A stretch of DNA of 64,000 nucleotides from NCBI GenBank assembly GCA_020137815.1, contig CM035357.1, positions 434,001 to 498,000 of the forward strand, in the 5' to 3' direction. This document shows positions 1 to 10,727 of this stretch, in pieces; the first letter of the stretch is position 1, and every line of letters starts with the position of its first letter. The DNA is from Hormiphora californensis (lineage: Eukaryota > Animalia > Ctenophora). Below the pieces are notes generated by a model. That model saw nothing but the letters and a program-made list of their open reading frames with translations, was not told where the DNA came from and searched no databases. A program made the translations under genes and the position numbers.

Positions 1-994
1 GCAATACTAAGAAAGTTGATAAGTTGTTTGTTTTTGTGTTCAACAAGCAGCAAGACCTCCAGTACAAATAGTTGGAACTAATGTGGAAAACAAACATAAC
101 TATCGTGGTCTAATGTTGTCTAATGGTCTGGTATGTTGATCATCGTGGAAGGTCTCTTCAACCAATCTTCTGCTCAATCATCATCTGCCCGCGCTGTTCT
201 CGAGAGTAGGGTATAATAGTCTGACAGCCCTTATGCAAAATCGTTTTTATTTTTACTTTCATTAATCATTATAATTGAGTCTAAGACTTCAGAGCCGTCA
301 TCCACCTTGTAACTACTGTGTAGTTTCCGGGAGGGAGAGTTCATGTGTTTGCCAGTATATTATTATTATATTAGTAATAACTGGCATGAAGAACACACAG
401 CCAAACCTCATCAAGCCAAACTTTGACATACCGTGCCAATTACACCCCAGCTGGCCAGCTAGGAGGCTTGACTGTTTGACTCGTCGTCGACCAGCGACAT
501 GGACTAACTAGCCATGGTTGACAACCGGAAAGTTTTAACCGGAAAGTTTTTATTTATGTTCATCACGTTTTTTAAGTTATTTTTGGCCGCACCTCGATTT
601 ACCGTGACAATTAAACCCCAGCTAGAAGTCCGGTAAATCGAGGCTTGACTGTTTGACTTGTCATATTATGGCTGTCGACAAACGTGACCTGTTATACGGA
701 TAGTTATAATGCAGTCTGCCGCTGACAAGTTTTATAAGTTATTTTTGGCCGGGCTGTCATTTCCATATTCACTTTCTGTACATCTAATTTTCTACAACGC
801 TTCTATTCACTATTGCAGTATAGTGTGATGTAGTTGCAGGAATAGCTATAGGATGGTCTGGATTGTATGGATTCTGCCAATATATCCAATACGATATTGT
901 TAGAGCATTGTACAGTATCGGAGAGCAATTGTTCATTGAAGTTGTGAAGCTGAAAGATTATGTACATTGTTTGCCATGCTACGCAGTCTGTCTC

Positions 995-1049
995 TGTCTG
1001 GCGCCGCGACCCATCTGAGAATCAAATGGGGTATGGCGCCGCCATACAG
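995..1049. repeat. Short dispersed hairpin family CTGTCTGGCG...GACCC(C)AT(C/T)TGAGAATCA...GCCA(T/G)ACAG
   Basis: Related copies at about 16750-16821 and 21326-21380. Confidence 0.6.
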
Positions 1050-2233
1050 GTCTGTCTCCGGGCTCGCGTAAGCTCACACCGGGCCTTCGGCCCGGCCCGG
1101 TGTGAGAGCTGACAGGCAAGGAAGATGTCAATACACTGTGTGAACATTATATCATGTGTACACTTTCCTATTGTACATGTATTGTACATCGTACAATGGG
1201 AAAGTGTAAAATATCATTTCGTCATTCCCGCGTGATGCCCATTGTACTTCTACTAAAAAGCAAAATTAATGGCATTGTCTATAGCTATTCTCCAAACAAT
1301 ATAGCCCCTCCCTTTTGACGCAATCCAGCTTTTTCCTCCTCGTGAAACCATGGCAACAGAGTTAATGCCACACCCATCTCATTGTTTTGAGTTTCCCAAC
1401 ACCCTCTAATTCTCCATTGTTATGAATTGCTAATCACATGATAACTGAGTCACACATATCTCACATGGTCTAGCTAAATAATCTCACATCTGACATATTT
1501 CACCATCTGTGCTTCAAGTTCCATGTGTATTGTGTAACGTTCTCATGCCCTCATAATATGAGGACATGACAGAGCGGCACATGTCCTCATAATTATCATG
1601 TGTAATTGCGTACTCCTATAATAATTCCACGGCCATATCATTTGCATTATATGCATGTTAAGACCTCTGAACTGGCCATGTTCCAGAAACTTCTTTTTCA
1701 CCGCGGCAGCAGCGGGCCATGTGATGTGCAGAAGGTCGAAGAAGCATAAAATTCCAGTCAGTAGCTGCTGTTGCAGACGTCACAGTTCGAGGCAGTATAA
1801 TTTGATTTGAAAATATGATGCTATTAATCTTAATAAGCTTCGGTAGCTCTCTCTCTTCTCTTGCGTCAGTAGATTGTCAATTAAAACAGCTCTCCTCCAT
1901 TTCTTGATTTTTCTCCAATTTGGATTCCGTTCAAATAGTTTGACAGTTTTAGTTTGGAATATACTCTGCCATGTCAATCATGCTCTGACAGAATATATGA
2001 TACCATTCAACAGACATTATTAGTTTATTGTGTGAACAAAACCATTATCTATGAACTGTGACATCTATATTGTATGTCGAATGCCATTGTCACAAGCTAA
2101 TTGTCGCTTTCAGCTTTTTGTTCAAACAGTTCCTGCTTTTTCTACAAATCTTCATTTTACAATTATTGTACAAGCAATTTGTTGAGTGGTACAACACATC
2201 TTTTTTAGGATATTGTTCAGGATTTGAAGAAAC

Positions 2234-4574
2234 ATGGTTCGTTTTGGTATTATTGTGTGTGATGGCAACCCAAAATGGATTTCCATGCTTGAAGACATTG
2301 CAACTGAGTAAGTGTGAAGTTTGTTATGTTCTAAACCTCCTTTACATTTGTGTTTCGCGGGCGGGGCGCGTGCAACAGGGTCTAGCTAGCCAATGTGAAG
2401 TATGATGCACTGCCCTTATTTCCTGGACTAGCCAGCTGAATTCAATAATCGTCTCCACAATTTCCAATTTAAAATTATACTTTAGTTCAAAGTCAAATAT
2501 TATTTCAGGTTTTTCTATAGACCCGGCGACCACCCTCTAGAATATTTCCACGCCTGGAAGGGAGATGTACCAACCCTTGCCAGTACATCACATCTAGATG
2601 GTCTCATATCACTTGGGTCAGCCCATATGGTTAGTACTGCGTCATGGCACCTCTTAGAATCGCTTTTCACTCCATTAAATGTATAGATGGGATTGAAATA
2701 TGCAGCTTCTCGCTCAATCTGATATGCACATGAACCCTATTTAGTAGCCTGATGACATCATCCCTATTATAGGTGGACCAGGTAGATTCTACACCATGGA
2801 TGAGACAACTTGGAAACTTCTTTCTCGCCGTGGAGAACAGTTCAATCAAGGTACACACTTACAAAAACACGTGTATGCACTATGCACTAACATGTAAACC
2901 TAACCCCATATCCTAACGCTAAAAGCAGTGCTTGTTAAAACTTAAAACTAATCCAATACCCATTTATCATCAATTGGTTATCCCAAAAACCCCAAACCAC
3001 CTATTACATTTCAGCTGGTATGTATCTGCTTCAGTCACCAACTGATAAACCACGTGTACGGTGGAACAGTGGGTAAAGGAGACTGTGGGTTTGTGTTTGG
3101 GGCTGCTGACACTGTTATCAACTTTTCTGCAATCTCGGAACACAATCAACTGACGTCATTGTTCAAGAGATACTCAACGGGAGGCAGTATGAGGTTGCTG
3201 GAGTCACACAGGTATTATACAAATACACAGGTATTATAGGTTGTTGGAGTCACACAGGTATACAATGCAATATCCCCCTGAGCCCATGATAGGATGTTAC
3301 AATGCAACATCCCCCAAAGGATATTGGCACGGAGAAACAGCTGCACTTTCACCAGGAGAACACATGCGTTAGCGCAGCAACGCAGCGTGGTGAAAGCTGC
3401 AGGTTTCTCCTAGTGAATATCTTTTGGGGGATTGAACTTTTTATACGCGTCTACTGGTACAACTGAGTCAAGCGAATCTAATACAATACAATCAAATACT
3501 GCTTTAGATGAAACCTTGTTTAGTATCAAGGTTCAAAGGCCAAAGTAAACATTTATCAGTTTAATTAAAAGTTGAATGTATCGCAGCTTAACTTGCAAAA
3601 GTGAAACAGTTCACGCCAACATGGTGTGTTGTAACTCAAACTCGAATCAACTAACTACTATTACCTATTTTACTCTATTATTTTAACTATAGATAGTTGA
3701 TTTGGAGTTAGAGTTAGTAAACTTATTTAAACTTTATCAGCTAACTTTTAACATATTGTTCTACAGGGATGGAGTTGCTATAATAACATTATTCTATACA
3801 GGGATGAAGTTCAGCTAACAATATTGTTCTACACAGGGATGAAGTTCAGAAGATAGCTAAGGGCGGTGTTCTAATTGGAAGTTCTAAAAGCTGTAAAAAC
3901 GAAATGGTACTAGTCAGAAACAATATCATCTCTTTGCAGTCTCATCCTGATCTGTCACCAGGTTAGAGCTACTATTGATAATACATAATAGTACACATGA
4001 GCCTATAGCTAGTAATAGTTGTAGTAATAGTAGTTAATAAAAGTTAAAGTACTAGATTAAATATTCGCCAGGTAAAAGCTACTAGTTAAGTTAGAGAGAT
4101 TCTATAACTGAATATTATATTTTTAGATCAGTTTTACAGCTTGAGCAATAGTTCATTTTATAAACCAAAATAATATGTGGTATGAAAAAATGTAGTAACA
4201 AAAAACATATATGCGGACACGAAATGGCATAATTATTTTTGATCTTTATGTTAATTCTAAAGTGAATTCCTTTCGTACAGAATTGATGATGCTGGGGGGG
4301 GGGGCTCTCCTAGTGCCGGTGATATCGCTTTGCGATAGTCCCCTGTGGGCTTGCCGTTGGGCGTTGGGATGCCCAGGCGGTGCAGGCACTCTGCAGACAT
4401 GGATAAATCTCAACATATGTTCCCTTTTCAGAGTTGATGATGGATAAGATCTGGCCCGCACTGATAAGTAAAGGAGCTGTAAGTGAAGCTAAAAGAGAGT
4501 TCTACGAAGCCGAAATGACAAATCTCCACACCATCCCTTGTCTTCAGCTGATACGAGAGTTCTTGAAACACTGA
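2234..4574 (+). CDS. Class-I glutamine amidotransferase-like protein (GATase1_1 / gamma-glutamyl peptidase-like), 6 exons
   Basis: Exons about 2234-2307, 2509-2629, 2773-2850, 3015-3211, 3837-3961, 4432-4574, all GT-AG and phase-compatible. Protein: MVRFGIIVCD...DGLISLGS...LVCICFSHQ (nucleophile elbow, cf. GICFGHQ)...ESHRDEV...SLQSHPD (cf. QGHPE)...LIREFLKH*. Confidence 0.85.
3308..3433. repeat. Imperfect hairpin/MITE in a GATase intron
   Basis: ATCCCCCAAAGGATATT...GGAGAAAC...TTTCACCA / TGGTGAAAG...GTTTCTCC...AATATCTTTTGGGGGAT. Confidence 0.55.
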
Positions 4575-5792
4575 GAGAGAAATACCAAAACAGGGGATAT
4601 ATATTTTGAGAGTTATATAGATAGGGACATTCAATTGGATTGTAGAATGATATCAATGAAAGTCAGGGACTGTATTTACTAAAATTCGGTTGTGTTCTTC
4701 GTTATAGAAGATCAATAATCTCACTGTGATTTGTGGGGATTGTGTCCTCAGGAGAACTCGACAGGGCAATGAAATAATATATAGTAGTCAAGCCTCGATA
4801 TACCGTGCACTTCGGATTTATATATTGTTCAAAAACCCTTCTCGACCGAGTAGGTAAATCGGGTTCCAACTGTGTAATTAATTAACTATTAATTATTCTG
4901 ACAGCTATGATGAATATGATATTTTCTTTCATAAAACTCCCAATGAAACTTGTTTATTTTGACCAAAATGTGGAAGATGTGGTTTCTGCAGTAAGTTAAT
5001 ACTCTCATCTCCAGCCTAGCTTCTCATGTAGAAAACTCAATTGGGACAGACCAACGACCCCCCTTGATTTAGTTTTATAGCTTCTTCTGAAGAGAGCTAA
5101 AGAGAGAGGAGTCCTGCAGCCATCACCTCATGTTTTTAGTTTTTACTTCCTACTGTGAATCCTAGCTCCAGTGCTGCGTGTTAAGAAGACTTTGCTTTTA
5201 CTAGCTGATATTCGGCATGTTTATAAATTGCAGTAGTATTTCATCCCTGTTGTTAAAGGGATACACCAGGTTAAGATTTGTTACATGTTCTACATGTTCA
5301 CACTTGATTGTATCCATCCTCAAGACTCTGATAAACAAAACAGATGAATCCAACGACTCCTGCTGTATTTACTGTACGTGTACATTAGCATTTAGCATAT
5401 TACCTACATATTATTATTATTATATTACCTACATATATTTAGCAAATAAAAGAATATAACAGAACGATCATGAAATTGTTTTTGCACGTGTACCTCTTAT
5501 AAAATCTTATGAACACTAAAATTGTTTTTATAGTATCCCAATCTTTAAATAGTTTGGTGTATGTGACCCTGTGTGATGTTTGTTTTCCCACTCTGATCTG
5601 TGTAATACACTTGTTATTGCAGCAGAGACTTCACCGCTTGTTTATCTTACACAAAGTCTAGCACGTTTCCTTTCACTCTGTTACCGGCAGCTTGTACTGT
5701 CGCGGTCGAATTGCTGTGTGCCTGGTATTTTCTTTTAGAATGATTAGTAGTGATTCATTGATTACTCTTACACTTATAGTTATACTGAACTG

Positions 5793-6041
5793 TATACCTT
5801 ACTCTCGTTTTTTAAGAAACGCTTTAGTAAGAAACTTTTTTATAAGAAACTTTTAAAATGTAAATCGCACAATTCAGAGACACCACAACAAAATAGAACA
5901 CCCCTAACTTGTTTAGTTTCTTGATAAAGGAGAAATTCTTTTTGTTTTTGGATTCCTTACACCTGTAGTTTCCTAGAAAAAAAGTTCCTTATTTAAAAGT
6001 TTCTTGAAATATGCGAGCTTAATTAACGAGAGTAAGGTATA
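5793..6041. mobile_element. Short MITE with TA ends
   Basis: TATACCTTACTCTCGTT ... AACGAGAGTAAGGTATA with inner inverted TAAGAAAC motifs. Confidence 0.6.
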
Positions 6042-6593
6042 TTATAAAGATGGCATAATATATTTCATTCAATATTTTAAAGATAGCAGGGTATATTTAA
6101 TATTTGTTTCATTCATTTTCCATCCCACATCACGTTTTTATTTCAACAAATAGTAACACATCTCATCTGATTATCTGCACGTTCAAACCCAGCAATATCA
6201 CGTTCAAATTTGAACAAAGATTCGATGTGGCCCCGTTCAACACCACACTAAAACATGCCCTCTCCCTCCCCTCTCTGTTTTGTCTGATCATGCAATGATC
6301 ATCACAGTAATCAGATATTGCGCTGAACTTGAGTTCTCAGGATCAATGTTTGGTTAGTGAAATAGTGCACTTGTATAGTTTGTATCTGTCGAAGCACAAT
6401 GAATGATACAACCGCTACAGCCATGACTATTTTGGTAACAAAATTTCGAATGCATTGCGGGATTCCCGGGAAATTTCCTCATCGGGAAACAATCGGGACT
6501 AAAAACTAAGGTTCAGTTATTTTCCCTCCCTAACCCTGCAGATCATGGCGCCATTGAATTTGAATGTAAACTTGTTTCCCTAGATAAACAAAC

Positions 6594-6818
6594 AGCAATT
6601 ACCACCCACATTCTCGCCTGCAGCAGTACTCATTCTCCCTGACCTACTCCCCCTCCCCTCGTCATGTCAATTACCACCCACATTCAGCAGTACTCATTCT
6701 CCCTGACCTCCCTCGTCATGTCGTTGTTTGTGCAGCAATTACCACCCACATTCTGCAGTACTCACTCTCCCTGACCTACTCCCTGGTCCCCCCCCCTCGT
6801 CATGTCATTGTTTGTTCA
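6594..6818. repeat. Degenerate tandem repeat, 3 units of about 70-80 bp
   Basis: AATTACCACCCACATTC...CAGTACTCA.TCTCCCTGACCT...CCTCGTCATGTC x3. Confidence 0.75.
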
Positions 6819-7449
6819 GCGATATACCATCATGGTCTAACAATGATCATTTCGACGTCGGCATGTAGATTTAGTTATTTTTAATTCACATACTAACCAT
6901 TAAGATGTCAACTTCCACCCTTCACAAACCATCAATGACAAACAATTTGTTCGTCAGACCATGTTTACTACGCAAGGGCCGGTAAACAAAGATCTTTTTG
7001 ACAATGACTTCTTCGTGTTTTGTTTACTTTGGCCTACTTTAATACACACACCAAGTGTGTATCATGTACCTATCTTTTCAACACGCAAAGCCTCATTAGG
7101 CCATGTGGCATGTACAAATACACACGTGCATGAGAATACTTTTCTAAAATATTGCCTGTTTCTATAATTTGCGTCGAATGAACGCACTTCCTGGTGCTCT
7201 TATAATATCTTCGGATTTATGTAATATTGTACATCTTTTATTTCTCTCCTTCTGATTTCACCCGCATTCATTTGTCTCTCGCATAAACTGAACATATAAT
7301 TTGCTATTTGTGACCATATAAATCATATATAATGCTGTCATAAAACTGATAAGACTTTTGAACTTTTGTAGTGCCTCACATAGCTGATAAAAGTGACCGT
7401 TTGAGTGTTTGACCTTGTGTTTTCTTGAAAATTGTTTTCTATCTGACAT

Positions 7450-8603
7450 CTGTGGTGGGAGAAATGGCTCACCCTAGAACAATTGCAAGTTAATAGCAAA
7501 AATGCATAATAACCTGTAAATCACATGTAATTCGAAGTTCAAACTAGTTTTGAAATAGTTTTGAAATTTTTTTAGAAAAATTTTAGTTTTAAAATAGCTT
7601 TTGAAATAGTTTTGAAATAGCTTTTGAAATAGTTTTGAAATAGCTTTTGAAATAGCTTTTGAAATAGCTTTTGAAATAGCTTTTGAAATGGCTTTGGACG
7701 GGTGGTAGAAATGGCTCATGTGGCTCATCTGGCAGCTGCACGATTATTATGAACACAAGGACATTCATATAAAAGCGAAAAACAGTGTACCCGACTAATT
7801 TTAATACGCTGAATCACGTGAGCAACTCTGGCAAGTGCTCAGATGTGAAGAAAGTGCCCTAATTGAGCAAAATTGGGTGTAATTGACCGGACTTACAACT
7901 TTTCTCCTGAAAACGCTAGAAGTTAATGTGAGGGCACTTTTCCGACTAACTTTGATACGCTGAATCACGTAAGCAACTTTTCCAAGCCCTAAGAGGCGGG
8001 GAAATTGCCCTAATTGAGCAATTATGGTCAATTAGACCCAATCAGACTCAATTAGGGCAATTTCCCCGCCTCTTAGGGCTTGAAAAAGTTGCTTACGTGA
8101 ATCAGCGTATCAAAGTTAGTCGGAAAAGTGCCCTCACATTAACTTCTAGCGTTTTCAGGAGAAAAGTTGTAAGTCCTGTCAATTACACCCAATTATGCTC
8201 AATTAGTGCACTTTCTTCACATCTGAGCGCTTGCCAGAGTTGCTCACGTGATTCAGCGTATTAAAATTAGTCGGGTACACTGGTTTTCACTTTTATATGA
8301 ATGTCCTTGTGTTCATAATGATCGTGCAGCTGCCAGATGAGCCACATGAGCCATTTCTACCACCCGTCCAAAGCTATTTCAAAAGCTATTTCAAAAGCTA
8401 TTTCAAAAGCTATTTCAAAAGCTATTTCAAAACTATTTCAGAAGCTATTTCAAAACTATTTCAAAAGCTATTTCAAAACTAAAATTTTTCTAAAAAAATT
8501 TCAAAACTATTTCAAAACTAGTTTGAACTTCGAATTACAAGTGATTTACAGGTTATTATGCATTTTTGCTATTAACTAGGGTGAGCCATTTCTCCCACCA
8601 CAG
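7450..8603. mobile_element. Foldback/palindromic non-autonomous element, arms about 560-570 bp, loop about 28 nt
   Basis: 7450-8018 is the near-perfect reverse complement of 8047-8603. It contains internal GCTTTTGAAATA 12-mers and is flanked by ACAT on both sides (7446-7449, 8604-8607). Confidence 0.85.
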
Positions 8604-8905
8604 ACATCTGTGGTACTATAGTACTTGAACATTTTCCATTAGTCTACCTCGATGATAGTAGCCCCTTCAAATTACATCTTATCTTCTTTACAGACGTTCA
8701 GACTCATGACCACACGCTCCGGCACACACATACATTGTCCTACAGCTATTCAATTCACCTCTCCCCCGACCTTCGACCTCTCCTAACTATTTCATTTCCC
8801 TCTCTGTAAAGCCCCGGCCTTCGACCTCTCCTAACTATTTCATTTCCCTCTCAACTCTGTAACTCAATATCATCTCTCCATGTAGCAGCTCACGCACATT
8901 ACACA

Positions 8906-8956
<51 letters not shown>

Positions 8957-9224
8957 AGAAAGAGAGAGAGAGAAGAGAGAAGAGAAAAAAGGGGGGAAAG
9001 AGAGAGGAGAGAAGAAGAAGGAGAGAGGGGAGAGGAGAAAAGAGGGAGGGAAAAGAAGGGGTTAAAGGGGCTTTATTTTTTCCTTTTTTTTTCTCCCCCC
9101 TCTCCCTCTTCTTTCCTGTTTTCCCTCCCTCCTTCTCCCGCCCTTCCCCCCCCCCCCCCCCTTCCCCCCCCCCGGGGGTACTTCCTTTTTGTCCTTTTTT
9201 TGCTTGAAACAGGGCCCAAATCCT

Positions 9225-10318
9225 TCCAAGGACCGCCACATTTATCGTTCCGGATCCACAGCACCACTCGCTCAGTGAGTTTCTGTTCTGTGATGAGTAC
9301 CCGGGTGTAGGCGGAAGGTCCGGCACTTCACGAAGGAAGCTATCCAGGTTCGCCTTAAATTCAGCCTGATCTGCAATTTCTCGAAGGTCTTTTGGCAATG
9401 AATTCCACAGCCTAGGACCCACTGAGCCAAATGATGAGCTATAGAGAGAAGAGTTTCTCTTGCTCTTGACCCTTGCAAGATCAGGTATCACCGCCTTCAG
9501 CCCATGCCTCGATGTTCTGTAGAAGGCGACATTGACATCATTTGGTACTACTTCATGCCGAATCTTGTGCATGTGTAGGATGGAGTACCTTTCACGCCTC
9601 CTTTGTAATGACATGAGTCCAAGGATTTTTAGGCGTTCCCAGTAGTCACTGTCCTGAAGCCCAGAAATCTTGGCAGTAAACCTTCTTTGAACCGATTCAA
9701 GGAGCTGTATGTCACCGACCAATTGGGGGCACCACAGAGGAGAGCAATACTCCATTGTGCTCCTCACTAGGCTCTTATAGAGAGTTATCATGAGGACTGT
9801 ATCTCTGCCACTAAAAACGCTGAGTATCCACTGGGACATTCTTCTGCCTCTTGTGGTCAGATTGACATAATGCGGCCTCCAGGAGAGATCTTCAGAGACT
9901 GTAACGCCCAAGTCTCGGAGCTGATCAGATGGTAGAAGGATCTCTCCACCACTAGTGTAGTAGTACACCGCAGACATCGGCATGTGGTTCATGAGAGATG
10001 ATCGATTGTGACGATGCACCATTAACTCATATTTCTCTTCATTGAGCTTCATATTATTTCTTTCAGCCCACTGATGCACACGATCCAAGTCTTTCTGTAA
10101 CTTCTCGCAATCCTCCTTAACAGAGATTTCCATGCCCACTCTGGAGTCATCAGCAAAGAAGCTTAGAAGGGCATCAAGCACTTCACCCTCCAAATCATTC
10201 AGAAATATCAAGAATAAGAGGGGGCCCAGCACCGTCCCCTGAGGGACACCGCTGATGATTACTGCTATTACTGAGTGACACCCTTCTAGCACAACCGTTT
10301 GTTTCCGGCCAGACAGAA
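9225..10318 (-). mobile_element. 5'-truncated non-LTR retrotransposon (CR1/L2-group LINE, RT C-terminal half) between (GA)n tracts
   Basis: SGVPQGTVLGPLLFLIFLND, FADD, RDLGV, LYKSLVRSTMEYCSPLW, LESVQRRFT, RLWNSLP. The 5' end abuts (TC)n and the 3' end runs into garbled purine-rich sequence. Confidence 0.9.
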
Positions 10319-10325
10319 GGGAGAG

Positions 10326-10373
<48 letters not shown>

Positions 10374-10727
10374 ACACACGCACACTCTGGATCATATAAT
10401 TGTCTACCTAGCTCTTAACTTCCCTCTCTATAATCTTGTGTGTGTTTGTCTTTTTGTTTCACAAAATATTATTCGAGGCCACCATCACCTGTAAAACCTA
10501 CAAACCTGGGCACAAATTCCTGATTTCCGGATCACAATAACCCAACTGCACGGCCCAATACATCATCCTAAGTCCTTACTGCTGCACCTATAACTCTGAC
10601 GTGTCACCGCGGGTTTGAACAAAACAATTCCTAACTCCTATAATACTGCTCCCATAACAAAACTCTGGAGTACCTCCTTACCACCGATTGTATAGCGTTA
10701 TTGGCGTGCTGCACGGGTCGAGGGAAG

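Noticed and set aside
1-71. Possible C-terminus of an upstream gene (NTKKVDKLFVFVFNKQQDLQYK*)
   Set aside because: Too short and truncated by the window edge.
7474-8579. Mirror-image ORF pairs (SKAI repeats; also 27914/28681 and 54909/55549)
   Set aside because: By-products of palindromic elements, with no transposase or other domain motifs.
8694-8722. Possible upstream calpain exon (CAG|ACGTTCAGACTC ATG ACC ACA CGC TCC G)
   Set aside because: Good acceptor but no convincing GT donor; cannot be supported without cDNA.
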